39,753 nt of DNA from Opitutia bacterium (GCA_037128315.1 JBAXWQ010000001.1:1-39753), one strand, 5' to 3'; positions 1-9,876 are shown, numbered from the stretch's first letter. Numbers and translations: made by a program. The notes: generated by a model not told the origin, from the letters alone.

Positions 1-2
1 GG

Positions 3-1175
3 GGGGTCATCGCGCCCCTGCCCCCCGCGACGGCCACCCCCGGCTTCAACGAGTACCTCCTGAACCTCGGCATCCGGCAGAAGCTCACCCGGGCGCAGAT
101 CACCGCGGAGGTGCGGCCACCGGGCGGGTTCCAGCGTTTCTGCGGCGGGGCCGAGCGCCGGTTGGAGCTGATCCTCCGGCGCGGCCTGGAGCAGCATCCG
201 CCCACTCTTTCGCTCTATCTCGGCATGCTGCTGGGTGAAAAAGCCGTGCTTTCGCCCGCACAGCAAAATGCCTTCATGCGCAGCGGGACCTACCACATAT
301 TTTCGATCAGCGGCTTGCATGTCGGGGTCATCGCCGTCGCCCTCTTGAGCCTGCTGCGGGTGCTGCGGGTGCCGCGCCTGCCGGCGGTCGCGCTCTGCCT
401 GGGGCTCGTGTGGCTGTATGTCCAGATCACCGGAGCCAGTTCGCCGGCGGAGCGCTCCTGGCTGATGATCGCCTTTCTGCTGTCCTCCCAGGTCCTGCGC
501 TTGCCGGGCAACGGGCTGGCGGCACTGGCCGCAGCCGCGCTCACGACCCTGCTGATCGACCCGCTGCAGTTGTTCAACGCGGGGTTTCAGATGTCCTATG
601 GCGTGGTGACCGCCCTGGTGGTCATGGGCGTGCCGCTGGGGGAACAATGGCTGGCGGCCTGGCGGCCCTTCGCCTCCCTGCCGAAGGCCAACTGGCGGTG
701 GCACCAGCAGGTGATCGATTGGCTCGGCCGCCAGGTGGTGGGCGCCAGTGCGGGCTGCTGGGTGGCGTTTCTGGCCAGCACCCCGGCGGGCATCGGATAT
801 TTCCAGGTGCTGTCGCCGGGGTCGCTCGTGGCCAATCTCATCATCATCCCCATTTCCTCCCTGGCGCTGATTGCCGGATTTTTGGCCCTGCTCACGGGCC
901 TGACCGGGCTGGCCGCGTGGAATGTCCTCTTCAATGCGGCCGCCGCGGTGATCCTCCTCACCATGGACTGGCTGGTGCAGCAGGGCACGGCGCTGCCCGG
1001 GATGTACTGGCCGGCGCATTTCACCGCCGCCTGGATGGCACCCGGGGCGCTGGCCCTCCTGACCGCCGTAATGCTCGCCGGCCGGGCCGGCCAGTGGGCG
1101 CGACGTTACGGCGGTTACTGGCCGCCCGCGGTGCTGCTGGGCCTGATTGTCATTTTCGGCGTCAAGTTCGGGTGA
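3..1175 (+). CDS. comEC: ComEC/Rec2 competence membrane protein, 5'-truncated by the window edge
   Basis: Frame is open from position 3. Competence-domain motifs GMLLGEK, GTYHIFSISGLHVG and DPLQLFNAGFQMSY, plus many TM segments. Ends at TGA without a metallo-beta-lactamase domain. Confidence 0.9.
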   Translation, partial: GVIAPLPPATATPGFNEYLLNLGIRQKLTRAQITAEVRPPGGFQRFCGGAERRLELILRRGLEQHPPTLSLYLGMLLGEKAVLSPAQQNAFMRSGTYHIFSISGLHVGVIAVALLSLLRVLRVPRLPAVALCLGLVWLYVQITGASSPAERSWLMIAFLLSSQVLRLPGNGLAALAAAALTTLLIDPLQLFNAGFQMSYGVVTALVVMGVPLGEQWLAAWRPFASLPKANWRWHQQVIDWLGRQVVGASAGCWVAFLASTPAGIGYFQVLSPGSLVANLIIIPISSLALIAGFLALLTGLTGLAAWNVLFNAAAAVILLTMDWLVQQGTALPGMYWPAHFTAAWMAPGALALLTAVMLAGRAGQWARRYGGYWPPAVLLGLIVIFGVKFG

Positions 1176-1323
1176 TGGCAACCACCCCGGCCCACCCAGA
1201 ATATGTCTCAACCTAAATTCCGCAGATCGATCTCGTCACAGAGGGCACAGAGTCAGGAAGGAGGGAAGGGAGAAATACTAGCGATGGGCTAAGCCACGAA
1301 TGTGAACTTACCTGATGGGGCTG

Positions 1324-1438
1324 GAGCAATTTCGGTTTAGGTTGGCGCGTGTAGCCGGGGTCGCTGACCCCGGTTCCTCCGACCGGCCTCAGCGAGGCCG
1401 GCTACAACAAGGCGCGTCCAACCTACCCGAAAACACTC
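1324..1438. mobile_element. Degenerate MITE-like shell with imperfect terminal inverted repeats, enclosing a REP doublet
   Basis: Left GAGCAATTTCGGTTTAGGTTGGCGCG vs reverse complement of right GAGTGTTTTCGGGTAGGTTGGACGCG. Flanked by cTG on the left and TAg on the right. Confidence 0.5.
1351..1405. repeat. GTAG-type REP doublet, family C
   Basis: GTAG-CCGGGGTC-GCT-GACCCCGG and inverted GTAG-CCGGCCTC-GCT-GAGGCCGG. The two arms differ by compensatory stem changes. Confidence 0.85.
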
Positions 1439-1588
1439 TAGTGCCTTCGGCTGGTCTTCGGAGGCCTTGCTCGGTGCGCTCAATACTTACCTCGGTAAAC
1501 TCAGTGTCTAACTGCGTTTGCCAGGCTCATTCACCAGCGCCTGCCTATTTCCGTGTCATCCGGGCCTTCTCTAGTTTATCACTGGGCC

Positions 1589-1866
<278 letters not shown>

Positions 1867-1870
<4 letters not shown>

Positions 1871-1922
1871 GGCGCGGACTCCGCGCCGCGCCGAACAGCG
1901 GCGAAGGGACTCGCCGCCCTAC
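1867..1922. repeat. GTAGGGCG-type REP doublet between convergent genes
   Basis: GTAGGGCGCGGACTCCGCGCCG ... GCGGCGAAGGGACTCGCCGCCCTAC. Each arm forms its own hairpin and the ends are inverted. Confidence 0.75.
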
Positions 1923-1924
1923 CC

Positions 1925-2704
1925 TCACTGCGCGAACTCAAACTCCGCCGTCAACGCATGATGGTCCGACGCCGGCGTGGGCTGCACCTTCCACCCCACC
2001 GGCTGCAGCCACTTGTTGTAGAAAATGTGGTCCAGCACGTAGGGCCGCCGGCGCCACGTGATCTCGGTCGACTGCACGCTGACATAGCCGGCGTCGGCAA
2101 ACTGCCGGAGCAGCGACTCGTGCTTGCTGACATTGAAGTCGCCCGTGAGCAGCGTGGGCATGCCCGCTGAGTTGCGCAGCTGCTCCTCCACCAGGTCGCG
2201 CTGGCCGCGATGTTCCTCGCTGCTCGACTGGAGCATGAAGAAAGCCAGCAGGTGGGTGTTGAACAGGCGGACCGGCCGGCCAGCCAGGGTGGTGGTCGCC
2301 CCGATGAGCACCCGATCGGTCGGGGTCTTGGTTTCACCAAAGAAGTCGAATGCCACCGGGGGCGAAGGCAGGTTCAGGCAGATCTGCTCGCGCAGGGGCG
2401 ATTTGGAGAAGATCGCCAGCCCGATGCCGAAGGGCAGTTCGCGCGCATCGGGCCGGGGATAGCAAAAGTAGCTGTCGTACTCCTTCAGCTCCTGCTTGAG
2501 CTGCGTGTAGTGCGGCGGCGGCTGCGACTGGAGCCCGCCGGGCTGGGTGCGCTCGACCTCCTGCAACATTATGATGTCGGCCTGATGCGAACGAATTTCC
2601 GCCATGGTGTCGGCCAAGCGGATCGGGGCATGATCCGGATAGGCATCATCCCAGATCTGGCCGTACTGCATGTTGAACTGCAGAATTTTAAAGCGTTCGC
2701 GCAT
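1925..2704 (-). CDS. Endonuclease/exonuclease/phosphatase (EEP) family protein
   Basis: Motifs ILQFNMQ, DIIMLQEV, FNTHL, LTGDFN, LDHIF and ASDHH. Start taken at MRERFK (ATG 2704). Confidence 0.9.
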   Translation of the reverse strand: MRERFKILQFNMQYGQIWDDAYPDHAPIRLADTMAEIRSHQADIIMLQEVERTQPGGLQSQPPPHYTQLKQELKEYDSYFCYPRPDARELPFGIGLAIFSKSPLREQICLNLPSPPVAFDFFGETKTPTDRVLIGATTTLAGRPVRLFNTHLLAFFMLQSSSEEHRGQRDLVEEQLRNSAGMPTLLTGDFNVSKHESLLRQFADAGYVSVQSTEITWRRRPYVLDHIFYNKWLQPVGWKVQPTPASDHHALTAEFEFAQ

Positions 2705-2894
2705 GTTCAGCCGATGAAAATGGCAGACCGCAGGGCATCGACCTCGTCTGGGTGGGGCAGGACTTTTGCTCGGCAGGTCATTCGTAGCAAGCAGCCCAGA
2801 TGGTCGCGGCCGGTGAATCAGCGGCAAGCCTATTCTGGCTCGGGGCTGGCCGGGCTGGCTGCTGGTAAAGGACCAGCCCGTCCGGTAAAAAACG

Positions 2895-4241
2895 TTACTC
2901 CGGCTCGGCGGTGCCTTCCACCACCCAGTCCTTCGCCTCCGGGACCGCGCGGCAAAACTCCCGCAACGCCGCGCTCAGGTGCTCGGCATAACGGTAGTGC
3001 GCTCCCATCCCGGTGCGGAGCTCGGCCTCATAGATGAACTTGTCCGCCTGGGTGCTGTGCTCGAAGGGGGTCTGCGCCCCCAGCAGCAGGGAATACACAT
3101 AGGCCGGCGAGCCCCGCTGCAGCAACTCGCGGGTCAAAGCCGCCTGCTCGGCGAGCAGCGGCTGGTGCGTCGCCGGGTTGATCTCCGGCGGCAGATAAAA
3201 ACCGGCCTGGATCAGCGGCGTGTAGCGGTGGCCGGTCCGGTGGCGGTTCAGATCACGCAGCTCGGCGATGGCCATGTTGTTCCAGGCAAAAGTCACCCGC
3301 ATCCGGCGCGTCGCCTTGCCCTGGTAGCCGTAGCGGTTGGCGCGATGCTTCAGCGCCTCGGCCACCGACTGCTCCTCCCGCAGCCACGGCGGGGTGTCGC
3401 GGTCGACCTTGACCCACACCGCGTCGGCCAGTGGCTGGGTCGAGAGGCGCGCCAGCCCGAGCTGCACGCTGGCGGCCAGTTCCTGCTCCGCCTGGGCCTG
3501 GAAGGATTTTTCGGCCGAGCTGTGCCGCATGAGGCGGGGCGAGGACTTGAGCAGTTCGTCGCGGATCAGCTTCGCGGCCGTGCGCGCCTCGGGCATCGCC
3601 AGGGAATCGAGCTGCTTGACGGTCGCCGCCCACATGCGCGAGCTCTGGACGAGGCCGAGGTTGGTGCGGGTGGCGAGCGGGATGAAATAGCGGGCGCGGT
3701 CGAGGGCGTAGTTTTTGCGGAGCCGGGTGACCACGGCGGGCTTGGCGTCCTTCGGCAGCCGCACCAGCGACGGATCCGCCAGGGCCGCGCGGTCGAGCCG
3801 CTCGTACTCGGCGTGATAGGCCGCAAAGGCCCTGGTCATCACCGCGGACCAGCGCGGGGCGAGGTCCTCGGGAATGCCCAGCTCGGCGGGCGCCGGCAGG
3901 TTGGTCGCCGCCATGGTGATATAGCGGGTGCTCGATTCCTGCCCGTCGGCCATCTGGGCGATCTCAAAAATTTTGTAGGCCAGCCACATCGACACGTCGT
4001 CGAGGGCGATGGCCAGTCCGCCGGTGAGGCCGCCGATCGAGGCGTGGCCGTAGTCGACAAACTTGAGGATGCGATCGATGGACTCGTCCGGGTTGGCCAG
4101 GTCGACCTTCTCCATGATCTTGTCGATGCCCTCATTGCTCCGCGAGTAGCGGGCGAGGACGGAGGCCAGCAGCTCGGGTGTTACCTTGGGGAGATCTGCC
4201 GCCGCGGGGGGCGGGACAATGGCGAGTCCGGTTACCTTCAT
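2895..4241 (-). CDS. thyX: FAD-dependent thymidylate synthase, long two-domain ThyX/Thy1 form
   Basis: Motifs ARYSRS, YGHASIG, ESSTRYI and RARYFIPLATRTN, with a second-domain ELRDLNRHR. 448 aa from MKVTGL (ATG 4241). Confidence 0.8.
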   Translation of the reverse strand: MKVTGLAIVPPPAAADLPKVTPELLASVLARYSRSNEGIDKIMEKVDLANPDESIDRILKFVDYGHASIGGLTGGLAIALDDVSMWLAYKIFEIAQMADGQESSTRYITMAATNLPAPAELGIPEDLAPRWSAVMTRAFAAYHAEYERLDRAALADPSLVRLPKDAKPAVVTRLRKNYALDRARYFIPLATRTNLGLVQSSRMWAATVKQLDSLAMPEARTAAKLIRDELLKSSPRLMRHSSAEKSFQAQAEQELAASVQLGLARLSTQPLADAVWVKVDRDTPPWLREEQSVAEALKHRANRYGYQGKATRRMRVTFAWNNMAIAELRDLNRHRTGHRYTPLIQAGFYLPPEINPATHQPLLAEQAALTRELLQRGSPAYVYSLLLGAQTPFEHSTQADKFIYEAELRTGMGAHYRYAEHLSAALREFCRAVPEAKDWVVEGTAEPE

Positions 4242-4548
4242 GCGTGGGTTCAGACGAAACACATTCACCGGCGGACGCGAAGAAAATTCGCGGAAAATCA
4301 GCCAGCAGGGCTCCTTCGTGCCGCTGGCCCTCGCCGACAGCGTCCATCTCGCTCCCATGGCCCGAGTGAACCACCCTTGGCCGGACTGAAGTAGCGCGAT
4401 CCATCCGCTTCCTGTCCATGGTTTCAGGATCGCATCAACCTTGTTACGCGTGGCGGAGTGTGATCGTGTAAGCGGCGATGAGGAAGGACGCAGCACTCGA
4501 TGCGTTCATCGCTGGAACGCCCGCCGCTTTCCCACCGGAGAGATCATC

Positions 4549-6597
4549 ATGAATAATCCCGCATCAACCCAACGGAGCCCCACCCTGCGATCCGCCGTCC
4601 TTCTGGGCATCTGCCTCTGCCTCCTCAGCCTGCCGGGCTTGGCGCAACCGACCCCCTTAAGAACCACCACGCTCCGGCGGGCGGACAGCTTCTTCGGCCT
4701 CCACTTCGATTTCCATGCGGGGCCCGACTGCCATGAGATCGGGAACAACGTGACCGACGAAGCGATCACCGCGATCATCAGGTCGGTGCAGCCGGATTTT
4801 ATCCAGGTCGATTGCAAGGGGCACCCGGGACTTTCGAGTTACCCGACCACGGTCGGCAACCGGGCGCCCGGTTACATCGGTGACCCGTTGAAACTATGGC
4901 GAGCGGCCACGGCGCGCGAGCATGTTGCACTCTACATGCATTACTCGGGCATCTTCGACGAGCAGGCGATGAAGAACAATCCAACCTGGGCGCGCGTCAG
5001 CGCCGACGGCAGCAGCGATAAATCAATGGCGTCTGTGTTCGGACCCTATGTCGACCGGCTCCTCATTCCCCAGCTCAAGGAGCTCAACGATGTGTACCAG
5101 GTCGACGGCGTCTGGGTCGACGGCGACTGCTGGGCGACCGGCATCGACTACAGCCCGGCGGCGAAGGCCGCCTTTGCGCAGGCTACGGGGATCACCACTT
5201 ATCCGGAATGTCCGGACGACCAGGGATACGAACAACTGCGCGACTTCAGCCGCAAGGCGTATCTGGGCTATGTGAGGCGGTACGTCGATGCGGTGCACGC
5301 TCACGCCCCCTCCTTCCAGATCGCCAGCAACTGGTCGTATTCATCGTTCATGCCGGAACCGGTGGGCATCGACGTGGATTTCCTCTCGGGCGACTACAAC
5401 TACATCGCCAGCCTCAATTCGGCACGGTGGGAAGGAAGATGCCTGCAGAACCAGGGCAAGCCGTGGGACCTCATGAGTTGGGGATTCGTGCCCAAGGAAG
5501 GATCCCATCGCTACAAATCGGAGATCCAGCTGAAGCAGGAAGCGGCCGCCGTCATCTCGCTCGGCGGGGGGTTCCAGGCCTATTTTGTGCAGAACCGGGA
5601 TGGCTCGGTGCTGCCCTGGAAGGTGGCCCCGATGGTCGGGGTCGGACAGTTTGTCCGGGTACGCCAACCGTACTGCCAGTATTCGACACCGGAACCGCAG
5701 GTCGCGCTGTTTTTTTCGAAGGATGACTTCTACCGCCGGATTCCGAAATTGTTCGGTGGTTGGGAGTACGGTGACTACATCAAGGGCGTCCTCTTTGCGT
5801 TGCTCGACGGCCAGCAGAGTGTCCAGATGCTAAGCGAGCATCATCTGCAAGGGAAGATGAACCGGTACCCGCTCATCGTGCTTCCGGACATGGAGCATCT
5901 GGATGCCGGGGTGAAGCAACAACTGCTCGACTATGCGAAACAGGGCGGGAGCCTGCTCGTCACGGGCATGAGGTCGGCGGAGTTGTTCAAGGATGACCTG
6001 AACCTGTCGATGAGCTGTGAGCCCGTCGCGGACACCTCGTTCTTCCTGGAATTCAACCACGAGCACGCCACCATCACCGCCCGGTACCAGGCCGTGACCC
6101 TTCCGGACAATGCCGTGCGCCTGGGCTCTCTCCTTGCCCAATCATCCCCCCGTTCGCCCGCCTACGCCGCCGGTGCCGTCCTGCCTTACGGAAAGGGGAA
6201 AGTCGGGTTTATCTTCCCTGACATCGGATCACATTATTTCAAGGGCGCCAGCAGCACGCTGCGGAATTACATGAGCGCGATGGTGAAGGAGCTGTTTCCT
6301 CATCCCGCCGTGGAAGTCCAGGGATCGCATCTCATCGACGTGGCGGTAAACCGGACCGCCGGCAAACAGGTCATCAACCTCGTGAATCTTGGCGGCAGCC
6401 ATAACTCGGGCATCATCGATGTCTACGATGAGATTCCGCCGCTGGCCGATATCCGCGTGACGATCCGGGCGGACAAGCGGCCGACGCAGATCCTGCTTCT
6501 GCCGGAGAAGCAAGTGCTCCCGTTCACCTATGCCGACGGCGCGGCCCGCGTGATCATCCCCCGGATTGAGATTCACTCCCTGCTGGTCATAGACTGA
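4549..6597 (+). CDS. Secreted glycoside hydrolase (GHL6/GH151 alpha-L-fucosidase-like) with beta-galactosidase trimerisation-like domain
   Basis: GGAG upstream of ATG 4549; signal peptide; FGLHFDFH, DCKGHPG.SSYPT and DGVWVDGD motifs; C-terminal YPLIVLPD...YAKQGGSLLVTG segment. Confidence 0.7.
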   Translation: MNNPASTQRSPTLRSAVLLGICLCLLSLPGLAQPTPLRTTTLRRADSFFGLHFDFHAGPDCHEIGNNVTDEAITAIIRSVQPDFIQVDCKGHPGLSSYPTTVGNRAPGYIGDPLKLWRAATAREHVALYMHYSGIFDEQAMKNNPTWARVSADGSSDKSMASVFGPYVDRLLIPQLKELNDVYQVDGVWVDGDCWATGIDYSPAAKAAFAQATGITTYPECPDDQGYEQLRDFSRKAYLGYVRRYVDAVHAHAPSFQIASNWSYSSFMPEPVGIDVDFLSGDYNYIASLNSARWEGRCLQNQGKPWDLMSWGFVPKEGSHRYKSEIQLKQEAAAVISLGGGFQAYFVQNRDGSVLPWKVAPMVGVGQFVRVRQPYCQYSTPEPQVALFFSKDDFYRRIPKLFGGWEYGDYIKGVLFALLDGQQSVQMLSEHHLQGKMNRYPLIVLPDMEHLDAGVKQQLLDYAKQGGSLLVTGMRSAELFKDDLNLSMSCEPVADTSFFLEFNHEHATITARYQAVTLPDNAVRLGSLLAQSSPRSPAYAAGAVLPYGKGKVGFIFPDIGSHYFKGASSTLRNYMSAMVKELFPHPAVEVQGSHLIDVAVNRTAGKQVINLVNLGGSHNSGIIDVYDEIPPLADIRVTIRADKRPTQILLLPEKQVLPFTYADGAARVIIPRIEIHSLLVID

Positions 6598-6650
6598 CGC
6601 GCCGCCATGCCCGATCTGAGTCCCCAGGCAACGGCTCAATCTTCCGGACT

Positions 6651-6729
6651 GTAGGAGCGGCTTTATGCCGCGATGTTGGACGATCGAGAGCGGCGCAGAT
6701 GAATGATCGGGGCATAAAGCCCCTCCTAC
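6651..6729. repeat. REP doublet (REPIN), family A, between convergent genes
   Basis: GTAGGAGCGGCTTTATGCCGCGAT ... ATCGGGGCATAAAGCCCCTCCTAC. Same REP type that flanks the RAYT at 31276. Confidence 0.92.
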
Positions 6730-6802
6730 AGCCCGGTTTCTTCTCGTCACCGGCAAAAACGCGTTTTACCGCCGAGGCTACATGACTCTGGTTGAGGCTG
6801 CC

Positions 6803-8320
6803 CTAAAACTGCAGCCAGCTCGTGAGCGGCTGCGGGAAGAACCCCAGCAGAATCGTCGCCAGGGCCAGCACCGCCAGGGTCAGGACTCCCGCCCAGGTGG
6901 GCGGCGTGGGGGCCGGACGGGCCGAGGGGATGGCCGGCTCGGCCGGCGGGCGCCAGGCCTCGAAAAAGGCGGCCTTGATCCAGCCAAAGTAGTAATAGAT
7001 GGAGAGGACCACGCCGCCGATCGCCACCGCCAGGAGCAGGTAAAGGTGCGCTTGAAAGGCCGCGATGAAGAGCAGCAGCTTGCCCACGAAGCCGGCCAGG
7101 GGGGGGATGCCCGCCAGGGAGCCAAGGCCGACCGCCAGCACCCCGCCGAGGAAGGGATGGGTTTTCGCCAGATGCTCGTAATGCTCGATTTCCTGGACGG
7201 CATCATCCGGGCCGGCCAGATAGGCCATGACGCCGAAGACGGCCATGGAGGCCAGCAGGTAGGTGAAGAGGTAGAACCACACCGCACTCGAGGCCCAGGG
7301 CACGGTGAAGGAGGCGACCACGCCGAGCAGGAGATAGCCGGCATGCGAGACGCCCGACAGGCCCATCAGGCGCTTGGTGTTGCGTTGGGTGAGCGCCGAG
7401 AGATTGCCCATGATGATCGTCGCCGCCGCCATGAGCGACAGCACGGGGACCAGCACGCCCTCGAGCGGGGTGAAGACCTTGTTGACGAGCGTCAGCAGCA
7501 CGGCAAAACCGGCCGCCTTGGAGGATACGGCGAGGAACGCGGTGACGGGCGTCGGGGCCCCCTGGTACACGTCGGGAATCCAGATTTGGAAGGGAAAGGC
7601 GCCGATCTTGAACGCCACGCCACCCAGCACGAGCAGCGCGCCGGCCACGGCCAGGAAGTTGTCGGGATTGTGCCGCAAGAATTCGTTCAGGGTGGCAAAC
7701 TCGAAGCCGGTGTGCGCGACCCCGTCGACGGTGACCCGGCCGACCGCGCCGTATAGCAGCACGATGCCGAACAGCATGATGGCGGAACTCAGGGCGCCCA
7801 GCACCAGGTATTTCAACCCGGCCTCGAGCGTCAGGGCGCTGTCCCGGAAATAACTCACCAGGATATAAAACCCGATGGTCACGGTCTCAAGCGCCACAAA
7901 GAACATCACGAAGTGGTCGCTTTGCACCAGCAGCATCATCGCCGCCGTCACGATCATCACGGTATGATAGAACTCCACCCGCGGCAGCCGGGTGCGGGGC
8001 AGGCAGATGGTCCCGAGGAACGAGACCAGCAGCGAGGCCAGGAGGAAAAACACCCGCGCCACCTGGCCGAGCGGCGAGAGCTGGATCAATCCGCCAAAGA
8101 GGCTCTCGCCGATCCAGGCGGTGTCAAAATTGAGCACCACGGCCGCCAAAATCATGGCCTGGGCCACAATCGCGAAGGCCGGGATGAAGCGGCGGTCCTT
8201 GGCGGGCAAAAAGATCTCCAGCGCCAGCAGGGCGAGCGCCGCACAGGCCAAAATGATTTCCGGCGCGATGGCCCACCATTGGTTGGTCTCAGCTACACCT
8301 TGGAGATAGTCGATCGTCAT
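6803..8320 (-). CDS. nuoN: NADH-quinone oxidoreductase subunit N
   Basis: EAGLKYLVLG, FKIGAFPFQIWIPDVYQGAP and SLAGIPPLAGFVGK motifs; last gene of the operon. Confidence 0.96.
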   Translation of the reverse strand: MTIDYLQGVAETNQWWAIAPEIILACAALALLALEIFLPAKDRRFIPAFAIVAQAMILAAVVLNFDTAWIGESLFGGLIQLSPLGQVARVFFLLASLLVSFLGTICLPRTRLPRVEFYHTVMIVTAAMMLLVQSDHFVMFFVALETVTIGFYILVSYFRDSALTLEAGLKYLVLGALSSAIMLFGIVLLYGAVGRVTVDGVAHTGFEFATLNEFLRHNPDNFLAVAGALLVLGGVAFKIGAFPFQIWIPDVYQGAPTPVTAFLAVSSKAAGFAVLLTLVNKVFTPLEGVLVPVLSLMAAATIIMGNLSALTQRNTKRLMGLSGVSHAGYLLLGVVASFTVPWASSAVWFYLFTYLLASMAVFGVMAYLAGPDDAVQEIEHYEHLAKTHPFLGGVLAVGLGSLAGIPPLAGFVGKLLLFIAAFQAHLYLLLAVAIGGVVLSIYYYFGWIKAAFFEAWRPPAEPAIPSARPAPTPPTWAGVLTLAVLALATILLGFFPQPLTSWLQF

Positions 8321-9876
8321 GGCCGGTGGGCAGCGGGGTGGACCGCGGGATGGGCGCGGGTGTGCAACGGGGCAAAGAGGCCGACCGGCGCCGGGTTGAG
8401 CACCTGGTCCACCGAGAGCGACAGGGCCCGGGGGTAGAGGCCGAACAGCAGCAGCGCGACCAGCAAAATCAGCGCGGGCAGTCGTTCGCCCCAGCCCATG
8501 TCGAGCGGCGGATGCTGCGCGGTGACGCCGGCGAGGGCCTCGCTGGGCGGCCCGAAGAAGATCCGGGCGACGGCGCGCAGGCCATAGATGGCCGAGATCA
8601 CGACCCCGGCCACGGCCACGGCGGTGATGGCCGGGGAGAATTTCCAGAGCGCCACGAAGACGGTGAGTTCACCCCAGAAGTTGGCAAACGCCGGCAGGCC
8701 GATGCTGGCCATGGTGCCGGCCACGAAGAAGGCCGCCAGCACGGGGGTTTTCTGCGCCAGCCCGCCCATCTCGGACAAGTCGAAGGTGTGGGTGCGATGG
8801 TGCACGCTGGTCGCCAGCAGGAAGAGCAGCGCGACCGAGAGACCGTGGGCCACCATCAGCAGGACGACGCCCCCGATGCCGATGGTCGAGAGACAGGCGA
8901 GGCCGAGAAAGCAGTAGCCCATGTGCATGACCGAGCTGTAACCGAGCATCTGCTTGAGATCGCGTTGCGCCAGGGTGATGAAGCCGATCACCAGCACGTT
9001 GCCCACCCCGGCCAGCAGGGCGAGCTTCCACGCCCACCACGCCGCCCCCTGCGGCAGCAGCGGCAGGGCGATCTGGATGAGCCCGTAGAGGCCGAACTTC
9101 TTGAGCACGCCCGCGTGCAGCATGGCGGCGGAACTGGGGGCGGCCCCGTAGCCGAGCGGCGCCCACGTATGCAGCGGCCAGAGGGAGACCAGGGTGCCGA
9201 AGCCAAACAGGAGCAGCCCGAAGATGTATTTCTGGGTCGCGGCGGCGATCCCCTGCTCGGCGATGGCGTGCTTCAGCTCGATCAGGTCAAAGGTGTTGGC
9301 CCCGCTCTTCACATAGAGGGCGATCAGGCCCAGCAGCGTGAGCATCGCCCCCGCCGTCAGGTAAATCGTCAGCTTCATCGCCGCATAGTTGCGGTCGCGG
9401 CCGCCCCAGATCCCCACCATGATGAAGGTCGGGATCAGCGCCAGCTCGTGGAAAAAATAGAAGAAGAACACATCCACCGAGGCAAAGACCCCCAGCAGGC
9501 CGCCCTGCATGATGAGCAGGAGCATGAGGTAGAGCTTCAGCCGCTCCGCGCCCGAGCGCAGCGCATACAGCCCCGCCGCCAGCCCGACGAGGGCCGCGAG
9601 CATGAACATCGGCAGGGCGATGCCGTTGAGGCCCAGCTTCAGGTTGATGCCAAATCGGCCGAGACCCGTGTCGACGCTGCTCAGGAAATGATAGTCCGCC
9701 CCGCCCTCGGCCGGATAGACCGACCAGAGCCACAGGGCGATCAGTGCCTGAGCAAGAAAGGCGGCCCCCGCCAATTTGGTGGAGAAACGCTTGGGCAGCC
9801 CGAGCCCAATGATCAGGGCGGCCACGAGCGGCGTGGCGACGGCGAGCTGCAGAAGATGGGGATTGAAGCCGGTCAT
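8317..9876 (-). CDS. nuoM: NADH-quinone oxidoreductase subunit M
   Basis: FFFYFFHELALIP, WPLHTWAP, GYSSVMHMG and MASIGLPAFANFWGE motifs. Confidence 0.96.
   Translation of the reverse strand: MTGFNPHLLQLAVATPLVAALIIGLGLPKRFSTKLAGAAFLAQALIALWLWSVYPAEGGADYHFLSSVDTGLGRFGINLKLGLNGIALPMFMLAALVGLAAGLYALRSGAERLKLYLMLLLIMQGGLLGVFASVDVFFFYFFHELALIPTFIMVGIWGGRDRNYAAMKLTIYLTAGAMLTLLGLIALYVKSGANTFDLIELKHAIAEQGIAAATQKYIFGLLLFGFGTLVSLWPLHTWAPLGYGAAPSSAAMLHAGVLKKFGLYGLIQIALPLLPQGAAWWAWKLALLAGVGNVLVIGFITLAQRDLKQMLGYSSVMHMGYCFLGLACLSTIGIGGVVLLMVAHGLSVALLFLLATSVHHRTHTFDLSEMGGLAQKTPVLAAFFVAGTMASIGLPAFANFWGELTVFVALWKFSPAITAVAVAGVVISAIYGLRAVARIFFGPPSEALAGVTAQHPPLDMGWGERLPALILLVALLLFGLYPRALSLSVDQVLNPAPVGLFAPLHTRAHPAVHPAAHRP

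Noticed and set aside
3-1175. ComEC lacking the C-terminal metallo-beta-lactamase domain as a pseudogene
   Set aside because: The ORF ends cleanly after a TM helix, no remnant follows, and ComEC proteins without this domain are common.
6624-6754. The 131-bp extended REPIN length equals the 131-bp tRNA repeat period
   Set aside because: No sequence similarity between them, and the REPIN boundaries were set by eye; treated as coincidence.
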